From assembly GCA_054600435.1 (NCBI GenBank), contig BAAIJX010000009.1, positions 496,001 through 560,000 of the forward strand: DNA of 64,000 bases. The letters are read 5' to 3'. The stretch comes from Neophaeotheca triangularis (Eukaryota). A program made the position numbers and the translations under genes. Shown one piece after another: positions 1 through 12,400 of the stretch (its first letter is position 1; the number at the start of each line of letters is the position of its first letter). The notes below the pieces were generated by a model. That model made no database searches and was not told where the DNA came from. It saw only the letters and a list, made by a program, of their open reading frames with translations.

Positions 1-290
1 GGGGGATCGGCTTCGTCGACTACGACCGGGGCAAAAGGCGTGCTGGGGTCACCCTTGATCAAGCCCTGTGGACGGCCTTTGCGCTTCTTGGAAGGTATCG
101 TCTTGCCAACTTTAGGCTTTTTCGAAACGTCTGTACCGACTTCGGGCGCCTTGGAAGAAGGAACATTATTCTGCTCATCGCTCTCCTTCTTGATCGGTTG
201 TGGATTGGACTTCTGACGCTTCGAGCCCTTACCTGGCTGCTTATCAGCGTTGCCGGGAGCGGGGTTTCTTTTGATCGGATGGTCTGTCAT
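1..290 (-). CDS. Partial ORF running off the window edge; basic low-complexity N-terminus with AT-hook-like KKRKGRP
   Basis: ATG at 290 (minus) opens a stop-free frame to the edge: MTDHPIKRNPAPGNADKQPGKGSKRQK...PSKKRKGRPQGLIKGDP. Family not recognised. Confidence 0.5.
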   Translation of the reverse strand, partial: MTDHPIKRNPAPGNADKQPGKGSKRQKSNPQPIKKESDEQNNVPSSKAPEVGTDVSKKPKVGKTIPSKKRKGRPQGLIKGDPSTPFAPVVVDEADP

Positions 291-566
291 CTTCTCGATC
301 GGGATGGATACAGTTGTCGATAGGTAGGTAAGTTGTTTTGGATAGATGGACAATTATCTAGTATGTGGAAAAGGTATGGATCGTCGGGTATGGTCGAGGT
401 AAGTTGGAGAGGTTGATAGTAAGTCGAGTCCAGTATCCTAGAAGGAAGGGTAAAGATATATACGCATCTCGTGTGCGAATAGTAACGTTCGTATATCGAA
501 CAGTAACGTTTCTGTATCGTCCTGTTACGCACTGGCTGTCTTTTATAGGCATATTCGTGCGTTGTA

Positions 567-740
567 GTCTGCTGTATAGGCGCAAACATCCGAGTTACCG
601 GCGATGCGACCGTCGAGGGTGACCCCTACGTCTTTGTCTGCTTTACAGGCGCAAACACACATGTCCCAGGCGACGCAACCCTTAAGCGTGATCCTTACGT
701 CGTGGTCCGCTGCATTTGTGCAAACTCTAGCGTGCCTTGG
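567..740. repeat. Degenerate 69-bp tandem repeat, about 2.5 copies
   Basis: Units start at 567, 636 and 705 (gtcYgct...gcaaac); the first two also share ggcgaYgcRacc and gaYccYtacgtc. Confidence 0.75.
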
Positions 741-894
741 GGCGTAGGTCCTAGTCTTGTGGTTGAGCTGGATTGCCCGATCACCTGGAGTAACGGTGGT
801 CTTCGCGCCCGCTCCAAGAGCAGGGTGTTTTGATCGAGCAATTAACTGCGCTTTCCTAGGTCAAACAGGTTAGGACGGCCTTCACCCTATCCTT

Positions 895-1115
895 CGCACC
901 CTACCTCACCCTCTTTCTTATCTTCTCCACCTCCTAATTCACCTCCTACTTCACCCTCCTGCTTCACCCTCCACTTCACCTGCCTCTTTACCTCATACTT
1001 CACCCCCTTCTTTACCTTCCTTTTCATCTCCTACTCTACCCTCCTTCCCCCCTCCTTCCCCCCTCCTTCACTACGTACCTCGCCCTTCATATTACCTCCT
1101 ACTCCACCCCCCTAG
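895..1115. repeat. Degenerate 12-bp minisatellite (plus consensus ctcctgcttcac; minus GTGAAGCAGGAG)
   Basis: Variants ctcctacttcac, ctcctgcttcac, cctccacttcac, ctcatacttcac, ctcctactctac; several show CAG>TAG on the minus strand. Confidence 0.7.
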
Positions 1116-2310
1116 TTCTTCGCCCTCTTCCTTCAGCCCCTCCTTCTTTCCACTACTTCGCCCCTGCGGTGTGCTACAGTCGTGAAAACGTGATGCTTCC
1201 TGCATAGCCGTATTAAGGGGGTTTTTCCGAGGCTAGCGCTATAGCGTTGTGCGACTGTCTAACGGCAGAAAGTGATTCAATCTGAAGTACATAGGGTGAA
1301 GAGCGAGAAAATGGGAAGTTTAGAAGTCAAAAATAACGGCACAATATTCCGATTCTCGCACGACTAAGACCCCAGCATCCTTAAATTCATTTTTTTCGTA
1401 GGAAGGGTAGGAATAAGAAGCAAAGTACATATAAAAGAAGAGCAGTAAGGCAGTTTAGAGAAAGCAAAGCAAAGCAAAGCGTTGGCAAAACAAAAAGCAT
1501 ACCTAATGTTGAAAGCCACGTTCAAGAAGCAAACGAAAGGAGGCAAAGAATACAACGCACAAGGGACAAACGGAAGGGCTATTTCCGTATTATGGGGTGC
1601 ATGCCCGTCTGCTGGTTGCTAGGGGGAGCTACATCGAGTAGTGGTCAAGATCGAATCGCCCTCGAGGCAACGCTGTCCTGTCTGGAATGGTAGGTCGCTG
1701 GCCGGAGAGTGGCCCTTGACAGTGATAGAAGGTATCACGCTGCCTACTGTCATTTCCTGAATGGGAAGCGCAGTGTGCAGCTGGGAATTCAATGTTGTAG
1801 GTGTCGATGTCATGTTGGTGTTGGTGTTGGTATAACTGCTGCATCTAAAGCGAATCCCCAGGAGGGAGTCGCCGAGGTATCACTAGCGGCTCGCGATAAG
1901 GCGGCATCTCGCCGGGAAACGAGCTGCTACTTCCCGGGATCGCAATTGGCGAATGAAAAAGAGGCGATCAAAGCAAGTGGGGCTATATCTGTTTCACTAC
2001 TGCCCATTCGGGTATCGAGCATCTTCAGCAGCATGCGCTCGCGTGGGGTCTGCCGGCGCAACCGCTGTGACCTCGCAACTTTCTTCCCTCTTCACCTCAC
2101 ATCACACGACAACTCTGACGTTGCCTTTGTCTGCCTCGACTCCAGCCATAAATCGACGTCAGGACCTTCGTGCCCCGAGTATAGCTTAATCCGGACTCGA
2201 CTGCCTTTGGCCTTGCACCGAGCCGACCGTCCTCGAACTCGACACCTCATCCTTCCACCATGTCATGCTAAAATCGCATACTCCGTTGGTGGCACGTGAG
2301 TCCGCCGCCA

Positions 2311-4977
2311 ATGGCGGCCTACCCGTCTTCTGGTAGCAGAGCGCCGCCGAACGGAGGACTCCCCAGCGGCACTTGTCACTTCAAAGACTTGGGCTCTGGC
2401 AACAAGGCGCCAACATGCGGTTGTCGTAGATTTTGGCTCAATCAAACGCGGGAGGACGGGGGTGAAAGAGCTTGGTGCTTTTGTGGTCATCATGCTTGTT
2501 TCCATAATGCTTTTGGTTCGCAGATGAGGAATCAGGATGCTTTGGCTCTCGACTTTAGCACTCCGCCAAATGTGCGTACGTTGGATCGCGATGCTGGACA
2601 GGACGCTAGGCGAAGCGAGCTTGTTCAGCGGGCCGAGAGTCCTCAGAGACAGCCCACCGGATTAGGCATCCACGAAGACCAGTCTATCAACTTCCGCGTA
2701 TGGGATGCTCTAAACGGGTTTGCGCGCCAACAGGACGGTGGGTGCTCGAGCCCGTCGTCGAAGCTTCCCTCTACCGCTGTACCGAGCGTGACTGGAGATA
2801 TTCCGCCGTCAAATCTGAGGTCGGCCGGACAACACGGCAGTACTGGTGCCAATCGTCAGATGGGCCCTCCATTAGGTCTGCCTGCTGGCTTCATGACGAG
2901 GCCTGGAGCTGATGACTACATTGGTAGCGCTACGGAGGTTGCGACTCCAAGTGTACAGGGCACGCCAGACCCGCGAGCCTTCAGGCCAATGGCCTCTCAA
3001 ACCCAACAATTGCCCGGAACCAGGCCGACTGCTCAGAGTAACAACGCCAGGCCGAATCTTGCCAACGGCGAAGAAACGCTTACTCCGTCTCACTCTCAGC
3101 CCACAAGCCTCCCTCTGCCAACTCCAGCGCCTACCTTGTCTACACACGGCTATCCTCCTCAAGAAGTGCAAAATCTGTTAAATAGCTATGCGCACAGACT
3201 TGATGTTTTGGAAAACCTCTCTTTCAACCAAGTGCCTGTCGAGGAAATACAAGACAAGTTCGACTTTTACGAAGCACGTCTATCGGAGCTCGAGAGCTGG
3301 CACAGGGACTGTGAACAGCGCGAGCAGGCCAGCCCCGAGCCAGTTGAAGAGTCCAGCGGCAAGAAGCGACGACGTTTACCAACCGACGACCTGTTTTCAG
3401 GCAGCGACGGCTCATTTGACAGTGCTGCTGCTGCACATGCAGAAGCAGCTGTGCTCGCAACGCTTGCAGCCAACGCTGAGACTGGGCCACGCATAGATGC
3501 TCTCGAGGACCGTCTAGCTGATCTCGAAAGCGCCGCTGGACCATCTTATTCCCATCCATGGCAAGTTCAAGTTATCCTCTTACCTTGGGGTCGCGACTTG
3601 AGAGGGATATGGTACAATTCCATCGATGCAACGCAGCAATCTCAAGTACACGAGCATGAAGAGTGGGTTACGAGTGAAGGAGCGCCAAACATCTCTTTCC
3701 GATCCACTGGCGACGAAGGGGCAGTTTGGACGACTGAATCTATCGAGGCCTGGGCTTCAGACACACTGGACTGGCTTTCCCCCAAAGCATGTGGACCGAA
3801 CACTACAGTCTTCCAGCGCCTGGTAAGTCGTGGCCTGATTAGAGACGTCTCTATAACTTCATCAGATGCCGAGGCCATCTTCGAGGCAATATCGTCTGCA
3901 TTTGATCCTTTCGTTCTCGGCGATGCAGCTTGCGATGGCGATAAAGCGAGAAGCTTCCGTGGTCTGAAGCAACCTTTCATCCCGCTCCGCAAAGTGAGGA
4001 AGTCCTCCCGTCTACGGTTCCTGAGCCCCGCCGAGATGGTTACCCCGGCTATCTGGGCGTCTGGCTTCCTAGACTCGAGTGTCTTCATGAAAGTACAAGA
4101 AGGGCATCGACGTCTGTACATCACGACACCACACGCCTATGAGCAACAGACACACATCGGCTTCACATGGGCGCAGATACGAGGTCTGCCAGTGCACGAC
4201 GCACAAGCGCAAGAACAAGCTGCCCAGACAAGCGGCAAAGTGGTGGAGGCCTGCTGGACCTATAACGAGAAGCTCGACCACGCGCCCAGCCTCCACTCAT
4301 CCTTCGTCACCCGAGCCTCAGATGGTTCCCACTGGGATCTAGAAAGCCAACACGGCTCTTTTGATGGACCGCCACAACTATTCCCTTCATCCTCCCCTGC
4401 GCAGCCTCAACTCTACCGAAGAAGCTCCCTCCCAAGCTCCCGCTCCACCACCCACCGGCCCTCCTCCGCCCTGCCCAAACGCCGCGTCGCCTCCTTCGAA
4501 GCCGGTCACGCCTGTTCAAGCAGACAACCCCCTACCCCCGCAGCCGCAAACAGCAAACGCCGCCGCTTAACAACCTCCCCAGACCCAACCTCCTCCCCCC
4601 GCGGCGCCTTCTTCAACCTCACCCCCCGCCGCTCCCGCGACCCACCCTCACCTTTAACCGCCGAGTCCCACAACCCTCCCGCCACTAATGTCTGCGGCAG
4701 TCAAGGCGTCATATCAATTGCGAGCAAAACTAAAAAGCAAAGGGCCACAACGCCTTTTGCCTACGCGACACCGCACAGTAACACTCATTTCGCGGCTGCG
4801 GTTCCGGGCTTTGATTTCGCGGCTGGGGAAGGGGAGGGGGATACCGAGGCTGGTACGGAAATAGATTTTGGGTTGGAAAGCGAGCATGGTGAGGAGGAGT
4901 GGGAGGGGGTGGGGGATGATGGGGTTTTGGGGGAGAGCGAGTGTATGGATGTTGATGATAGGATGACAGGGGGCTAG
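2311..4977 (+). CDS. Uncharacterised fungal protein (about 888 aa) with N-terminal Cys/His cluster and central coiled coil
   Basis: Long uninterrupted ORF; first ATG 2311; motif C-x12-CGC...CFCGHHACFH; heptad-like segments (RLDVLE, RLSELE, RLADLE). Confidence 0.85.
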   Translation: MAAYPSSGSRAPPNGGLPSGTCHFKDLGSGNKAPTCGCRRFWLNQTREDGGERAWCFCGHHACFHNAFGSQMRNQDALALDFSTPPNVRTLDRDAGQDARRSELVQRAESPQRQPTGLGIHEDQSINFRVWDALNGFARQQDGGCSSPSSKLPSTAVPSVTGDIPPSNLRSAGQHGSTGANRQMGPPLGLPAGFMTRPGADDYIGSATEVATPSVQGTPDPRAFRPMASQTQQLPGTRPTAQSNNARPNLANGEETLTPSHSQPTSLPLPTPAPTLSTHGYPPQEVQNLLNSYAHRLDVLENLSFNQVPVEEIQDKFDFYEARLSELESWHRDCEQREQASPEPVEESSGKKRRRLPTDDLFSGSDGSFDSAAAAHAEAAVLATLAANAETGPRIDALEDRLADLESAAGPSYSHPWQVQVILLPWGRDLRGIWYNSIDATQQSQVHEHEEWVTSEGAPNISFRSTGDEGAVWTTESIEAWASDTLDWLSPKACGPNTTVFQRLVSRGLIRDVSITSSDAEAIFEAISSAFDPFVLGDAACDGDKARSFRGLKQPFIPLRKVRKSSRLRFLSPAEMVTPAIWASGFLDSSVFMKVQEGHRRLYITTPHAYEQQTHIGFTWAQIRGLPVHDAQAQEQAAQTSGKVVEACWTYNEKLDHAPSLHSSFVTRASDGSHWDLESQHGSFDGPPQLFPSSSPAQPQLYRRSSLPSSRSTTHRPSSALPKRRVASFEAGHACSSRQPPTPAAANSKRRRLTTSPDPTSSPRGAFFNLTPRRSRDPPSPLTAESHNPPATNVCGSQGVISIASKTKKQRATTPFAYATPHSNTHFAAAVPGFDFAAGEGEGDTEAGTEIDFGLESEHGEEEWEGVGDDGVLGESECMDVDDRMTGG

Positions 4978-5988
4978 CGGTGGGTATGAGTGGTTCATTG
5001 GAATGGGGCCCTTGTGGCAGCAGTGGCAAGTTTGCGAACAAAAAGGAAGGGGTTCATGGCGTTTTTTTTTTTTTTTTTTGGGAGAGGATTCGAGATTTTG
5101 ACGACTTTTGCACGAAGCTAGCGTTGGCGTTGATTTTAGTGGGTTGGGACGAATGGACGGTGGCGTTCTGCGACACCTTTTCTCTTCTCCCCTCCAAGGT
5201 AACTTATGATTTGGAACACAGGGAACTCCGCCTTTTGTACAGGACTTGCTCGCTTGGGTCGGAAACGGCACTCCCCTCTGACTGGGTAGGATGGAACTAG
5301 ACGACAATGGATGAAGTTGGGAATGGATTCAGCAGCGATATTACGGGCTCGGGTGACGGCCTGGGAGCTGGAGTGGTGTGTATAAGTAGTATTAGACCTA
5401 GAGGGTTATGTAGATTCTCCATTCTTTAGAAATGACCGTTGCGGTGTTGGGAAGGGTGCGGTTCAGGCATGCTTCCCGGCTGTTGTTGACTGGCACTGTC
5501 TGAATATGGCACTGTCTAGATATTGTTCCTACGTGGCATTTGTTACAAACAAGCGGTAAGTAGTAGTGAAAAGGGCATCTGAATTGTACGCACCACGGGG
5601 ATAGTTGGTTGATGCGATTGCGTCGCAGATGGGGTATTCCAGCGTTAGTGAGGAGGGCAGCAGCTTCCAGTGTCCAGCCCCAGCTGCACCTGCACTTCAC
5701 AGCAAGGCAAAGTGACGTAACAAGATGAGGTGTTGCTCCATCATCGCCAAAACCAACAACAAACGCCATCCCATCGACCTCCATCTCAAGGAAGAGACCA
5801 AACGACTCCAACAACCACAACAAATCAGACTGTCGCGGCGAAACAGACCCAATCCCATCGAAACTCGAAACCCAGCGAATGCGCCCCTTTTCAACAACAG
5901 CGAGAATCATGTCCAAGAGAGTGAGCACCCAAACCCACCCAGACGCCCCCCAACTGGCTCTTCTTCGACCCCAGCAGCCACCCCGGCG

Positions 5989-6532
5989 ATGACAACGACT
6001 CGGAACACCAATACTAACACCACCGATCTCAAACAGATTCAATACAATGTCCAAGGCGTGGTGCAGGGCGTCAACTACCGGTGGGTTTTAACCGCCTCAC
6101 TCCCCCTCCTGCAAGAAGAGTCACGAGCAGGGCTACGGGGTTAGAGCTGTTTGCTTGCCGAGCTGACGATTGTAGGTCGTGGGCAGCGGACAAAGCGAAG
6201 AGCTGCGGCGTTACGGGGTTTGTTAAGAATGCTAGCGATGGGTCGGTGAGTTTTTTTTTCTTTTCCCTTCTCTCATCTCACACTCGACGTCCTTGTCCGA
6301 TTCTTTTGTCTGAGACCGCTGGGACTTTTTCTTACGTCCTTTTGGGGTTTGTGGGCGGTTTGGCTGAGTTTTTGTTTAGGTTACGGGAGAAGCGCAGGGC
6401 GATGACTCTGGTTTGCAGAAGTTTGTGCAGTTTTTGAACTCGGGGCCTTCGGCTGCGGAGGTTAGGAAGGTTGAGCAGAAGGAGATTGAGATTAAGAGTG
6501 GTGAGAGTGGATTTGAGAATGATCGGTCTTAG
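5989..6532 (+). CDS. Acylphosphatase (3 exons)
   Basis: Introns 6081-6175 and 6246-6379; spliced product has GVVQGVNYR...VTGFVKNASDGSVTGEAQG...GPSAAEVRKV. An in-frame upstream ATG exists at 5725. Confidence 0.9.
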
Positions 6533-7262
6533 GGGGTGATGTTGACGGTGCTGCGTATGGTACAGAGAGAGGTGCGGGAGTGTGGCTGTGGCTTTGATAC
6601 GAGCATTACTCCTGTCGTCTTGTGGAGTGTTCAGATGACTCGACGGATTAGGAAGATGCGGTATTATTATGGCTATATGAGGCATTTGTTTGTTTCCGGG
6701 AAATTGTCTTCAGCGACGACTTGAGGTCAAATGCGAGACGATGTCCTCTTCACGCTATCCTCAAAGCTCGATCTTCTTTTCAACCCTGAGGGAATTCAGT
6801 GGCCGAAATTGATACTTTGGAGCAGCAGCGCATCACATCATCATCGACGAAGCTTCCTACAACGATGCGACTTGTTGTTTGAGTTGTTAAGGGAGATCTA
6901 TGAATGTTAGGTCGCATCGGGATATGTAGGGGCACATGCTTAGTAAGTCGGCGACTTGAGGCTGAACCGGAGCCGGCTGACCGTACGAGCTTCCGATCCA
7001 TCCTCGACGGCAGCGACAAAGAAACATCCTTGGCCATTCTTCGCCGCAATGGTAGCAGTAAGACTCATCCGAATCAGGCGTATCCGTAAATTAGACAAGA
7101 TCCCCGTCAGCTTCAGCCGCAGTAGGTTATCGTGTCGTGATCCTTATTTAATCTTGCCACTGTCGCTCTTCCCTCGCGTCTCTCCACCCTCCATATCCAG
7201 TATCCAAACATAACAACAATTCTCATTCAACAAATCTACGACAACACCATCCATCATACCCG

Positions 7263-8371
7263 ATGAGCTACACAAGCTCCCTAGGAACGCGCGCCATTAT
7301 CCCCAAGCAGTCCGCTGCTCAAACTTTCGCAACCCTCCACGGCTCGTCGATAGCTACCAGCCTCAGCCGACCCGCCTTCGTTACCCTCCGGCATCAATGG
7401 ACCGCCAAAAGTCACTTCACCACCTCTCGACCCTCCCGAATCCGTGACTTCTTCCCCGCCCCCGATGCTCCCAACATTCGCACCACGGAAGCAGCATGGC
7501 CACACCCCGTTTACACGCAACAGCAAATGGATATGGTGAAGCCTGCCCACCGCGCCACCAAAGATCTCCCCGACCGCATCGCGCTGCTCGGCGTCAAACT
7601 TCTGCGTTTCGGCCTTGATACCGCCACCTTTTACAGACACGACGATGGCAAGGGAAAGTACACGATGTCTGAGAAGAAGTGGATGGTTCGGAATGTGTTT
7701 TTGGAGAGTGTGGCCGGTGTCCCGGGCATGGTGGCGGGAATGTTGAGGCATCTGCACAGCATGAGGCGAATGAAGCGAGACAATGGTTGGATTGAGACAC
7801 TGCTCGAGGAAAGCTACAACGAGAGAGTGAGTTGACAGTTCTCGTCTAGATCCAAAAAGGTTGCCGCTAACTTTTCCCGCAGATGCACCTCCTGACATTT
7901 CTAAAAATGGCCGAACCCGGCCCCTTCATGCGTCTAATGGTCCTCGGCGCCCAAGGCGTCTTCTTCAACGCCTTCTTCATCGCATACCTCCTCAGCCCCC
8001 GCATCTGCCACCGCTTCGTCGGCTACCTCGAGGAAGAAGCCGTCCTCACCTACACGCGCGAAATCAAGGACCTTGACGCCGGCAAGCTGCCGAAATGGGA
8101 GAAGATGCAGGCCCCAGATATCGCCGTCAAGTACTGGAATATGCCCGATGGTCATCGCACCATGCGCGACTTGTTGCTGTATGTGCGTGCCGATGAGGCC
8201 AAGCATCGCGAGGTCAATCATACCCTGGGGAATTTGGATCAGAGGAATGATCCTAATCCTTATGTGAGCCAGTATAAGGATGAGAAAGTGCCGCATCCTA
8301 CCAAAGGGATTGAGTACTTGAAGCCGTCTGGATGGGAGAGGCAGGATGTCATTGGCAAGGACGGAAAGTGA
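7263..8371 (+). CDS. aod-1: Mitochondrial alternative oxidase (2 exons)
   Basis: [33 protein letters not shown] and [12 protein letters not shown] diiron motifs; intron 7827-7882; Ser/Arg-rich presequence. Confidence 0.97.
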
Positions 8372-8826
8372 TTTGTTCTGCACGGTATTAGGCGGCGTTG
8401 AAAGGGAAGCGGAAATTTTCGGGCGATACCCGTCGGAACATGGTTTTGGGATTGTCTAAAGGCGTTCAGGGCTCGGGTCGGTCTCCTTTACTTACGAATA
8501 TGCTATAGAGAGCCTCACCTTTTGCGGCCGAGGAAGTTTATGGTACTTTACTCCTGAATGCTTACTCCTGAATGCTTACCGATAAGATAAGATAAGCCCG
8601 ATCGTGACAGCTGTAACATTAATTTACACATGTCAGGATAAACATGCCTTGAGCCTTTTCACGATCTTTCAACAACTACTTTACACCTTACTCGACAAAC
8701 TTTCTCTCTTGTCGTGTACGGAACGTTTGGACCGATACGTTGCAATGTTGAGGTAGAACCAGCAGATTCCGAAATCCCTCAGCAGCTTATCTTGGAACCG
8801 ACCTCGACCCCGACCTTGATGGCAAC

Positions 8827-10120
8827 ATGCACGTCTTCTCAACACTGGCACTATTGTGCCTCTTAGTCCTCGCCGTCCTTGCGCAACAAGACTACTACAA
8901 AGTACGTCAACACACCAAAAGCCATGTACACTAAATATCAGAGCCGACCAAATTAACACCACCCACCCCAGCTCCTAGGCCTAGACAAAGACGCCGACGA
9001 CCGGCAAATCAAAAAAGCCTACCGCACCCTCTCGCGCAAACACCACCCGGACAAGAACCCCGACGACCCGGAGTCGAAACAGAAATTCGTCGACATCTCC
9101 GACGCCTACGAGACCCTCATCGACCCCGAGCTGCGCCGCATCTACGACCAATACGGCCACGAAGGCGTAAAACAGCACCAACAAGGCGGCCAACGCGGCG
9201 GCGGCGGACACCACGACCCCTTCGACCTCTTCAGCCGCTTCTTCGGCGGCGGCGGGCACTTTGGGCGCGGCGAGCGGCGCGGCCCCAACAGCGAGGTCCG
9301 CATCACGCTGCCGCTGAGGGATTTCTACACGGGTGCTGAGCATGAGTTTTCGCTGGACAAGCAGGCGATTTGCGAGAAGTGCGAGGGCAGTGGCAGTGAG
9401 GATGGTCAGCGCGAGAAGTGTCAAAGGTGTAATGGCCAGGGCGCGATTCTGCAGAAGCATATGCTGGCGCCGGGCATTTTCCAGCAGATGCAGATGGCGT
9501 GTGACGTGTGTGGCGGCAAGGGGAGCACGGTGAAGCATAAGTGCAAGGCTTGCAAGGGCGAGCGCGTGGTTAGGAAGGAGGAGCCTTTTACGCTGAGTGT
9601 GGAGAAGGGCATGCCGGATGGGGCCAGGGTGCAGTATGAGAACGAGGGCGACGAGAGTCCGGATTATGTTGCTGGGGACTTGATTGTCAATGTTGTCGAG
9701 CAGGAGCCGAAGATGCCGGGTGATGAGTCGGAGAGGACGGACGGGACTTTCTTCAGGAGGAGGGGTAAGGATTTGTTCTGGAGGGAGGCTTTGAGTCTGC
9801 GCGAGGCGTGGATGGGTGGCTGGACGAGAAATCTTACGCATCTGGATGGGCATGTGGTTCGGTTGGCTAGGGGGAGGGGGGAGGTGGTGCAGCCGGGTGC
9901 TGTTGAGGTTGTCGAGGGAGAAGGCATGCCCATCTGGCGACACGAGGACGGTCCCGAGTACGGCAGCTTGCACGTGGAGTATGTGGTTGTGCTGCCGGAT
10001 CAGATGGACAAGGGGATGGAGGGTGAGTTTTGGGAGGTCTGGGAGAAGTGGCGGAAGAAGAACGGGGTCGATCTGCACAAGGACAGCGGGCGTCCGCTGC
10101 CCAAACATGATGAGCTATAG
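8827..10120 (+). CDS. SCJ1: ER-lumenal type I DnaJ co-chaperone (2 exons)
   Basis: Signal peptide MHVFSTLALLCLLVLAVLA; intron 8902-8971; J-domain with HPD; four CxxCxGxG-type repeats; C-terminal HDEL. Confidence 0.93.
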
Positions 10121-10618
10121 TCGCTTGATCTGATAGATGGATAGAAGAGGATGTAACAGTATTTTCAGCCACAAGATGTACTCGCTGGTTCTCTGCAGCA
10201 TTTGCGGTACGCCCGGTCTGCGACATGGTCATACTATACTACCGACAAGCGTGTGTAATGCCAAAGGAGAAATCGCTTTTTGCTTGCAACGAGCGGTCAT
10301 TATTGAGTTGGCAAGGCTCCACCTCAATTATTCGACTATAAGAGGGTCAATGGCCACCCCCTCGATTGGCGACTTCTTCCTATCAAAGGTCAGACGTCAT
10401 TCGCAGCGTTTCTCTGTGTCAACTGTCAATCGACCCCACCTCTCTATCATCGCCAACAGCTACTACCGAACAACTTACAGAGCAACGGGTCTATCTTTTT
10501 TCGAAAACGTCAACGTCCTCGACGCAACATCTCCTGCAGTTATATACCGACCGCCAAAACAATACAATTCTTTCTTATCCGTCTCTCAGGCCTTAATTGC
10601 AAGTAGCAGACTAGCAAC

Positions 10619-11974
10619 ATGGGCAACAAAAGTAAACCAAGGCCTCCCCTCGAACAACCCCCCCTCAAACCACTAACCCTCCGAACCCCCAGAAATCCAA
10701 TGCTGCATCTCCGTCGACATCGACGCCGTAGCGGGCTGGCTAGGTAGCTACGGCGGCGAGGACTCAACCAGCGACATCTCCCGCGGCATGTTTGCGGGCA
10801 CCATCGGCGTGCGTCGTCTCCTCAACATGTTCGACAAGTACAACATCAAAACCACCTGGTTCATCCCGGGTCACTCTCTCGAGACTTTCCCCGAAGAGTG
10901 CCGCTTGATCGTCGAGAAGGGCCATGAGATTGGGCTGCATGGGTATTCGCATGAGAATCCCATTGCCATGACTCTGGAGCAGCAGACTGCTATTATGGAT
11001 AAGGTCTGTTTTTGTCTTTGATGACAGTGATGTGTTTGATGAGGTTTCGCAGTAGCGGTTGGCCCGAAGCTAACGATACCTTACCAGTGCTACAAACTCA
11101 TCAAAGACTTCACGGGCAAGCCGCCTCGCGGTATCGTGGCACCTTGGGTTCGTTCATCAACTCCCATCCCACTCATGACCCATCGGCAAAGCTGACACCG
11201 CGATTTGCAGTGGGAATCAAGCCAAGAGGGCGCGGAGTTGATGCTTCGTTACGGGTTGGAGTACGACCACAGCTTCTCCCACCATGACTGCCAGTGCTAC
11301 TGGCTGAGGACGGGCGACAAGTGGGAGAAGATCGATTACGAGAAGAAGCCGGAGACGTGGATGAAGCCTTTGGAGCCGGGGCAGATGACGGGGCTGTGTG
11401 AGATCCCGGCTTCGTGGTATTTGGACGTGAGCTTAACACTTTTTCCCACTTCCGATCGTGTGCAGAGACGACCGAACTGTCGGTTGTGTACAAGCTCGTT
11501 GCTGACGCTGAGTTTGTTTGCCACTAGGACCTCCCTCCTATGATGTTCATCAAGAAAGCAGCCAACAGCCATGGCTGGGTCAACCCCCGCGACGTCGAAG
11601 AGCTGTGGCTCGACCAATTCAACTACTTCTACCGCGAGTACGACGAGTTCGTGTTTCCAGTGACGGTGCACCCAGACGGTAAGCAGCCCAGCCCCCCCCC
11701 CCCCCCAAAAAAAAAAAAATCAACCAAACCCCCACGCCCTTCCATTATTCTAAAACTTTTGAAACACCCAGTCTGCGGCCACCCGCACGGCCTAATGATG
11801 CTCGAGCGCATCATCGAATACATCAACACCAAGGAGGGCGTCGAGTGGGTCACCATGGAGCAGATCTGCGACACTTTCAAAGCCAAGAGCGAGCCCCCCA
11901 CGGGCGCCCTGATGCCCACGAAACCAGGCGCCATTCTCGAGAATCCCGATTTGAAATTGGAGAACAAGGCGTAA
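10619..11974 (+). CDS. Polysaccharide deacetylase family protein (CE4/NodB fold, PuuE/PgdA-like; about 6 exons)
   Basis: [59 protein letters not shown]. Introns about 10632-10692, 11004-11088, 11149-11210, 11427-11527, 11679-11771. No signal peptide. Confidence 0.9.
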
Positions 11975-12400
11975 TTTGGCTGGGGGGAGAGGGTACGAGA
12001 CGTTTTGGATTTCGATTGGCCGAGGTTGTATCCGATTTCTGTATATAAGGTGTCATACTGTGTTTGGTTGGCTTCCTTTAGATTAAAGCGCACGTCGATG
12101 ATGAGTTTGTTCTCCGAGCGGCTGCTGCATTACACAACACTCGACTATCGAATGCATGGACCGCTAGAACGGGTAGGTATATAAAGCTGGCACCGGAATC
12201 TCATTGATGATGCGTAGAGGAAATCTAAGCCAACACGAACCACATAATCTGTCAATGCAATTCCCCGACCCCACTTATCCCACCACACCACCTTAACCCA
12301 CTCATCCCATCGCTCCATCAACCATCCACGCCTCACAAGCCCCATCCCGCACCTTGCCCCCTTCCGTCCTCCCTCCCTCCTTCCTTCCATCCACCCCAAC

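Noticed and set aside
6940..7130. CGG-N7-CGG alternative-oxidase induction motif
   Set aside because: Several CGG/CCG triplets are present, but I found none with the correct spacing.
8827..10120. SCJ1 as the J-protein partner of the Hsp70-like/GrpE-like pair
   Set aside because: It is ER-lumenal (signal peptide, HDEL), about 38 kb away, and sits among housekeeping genes.
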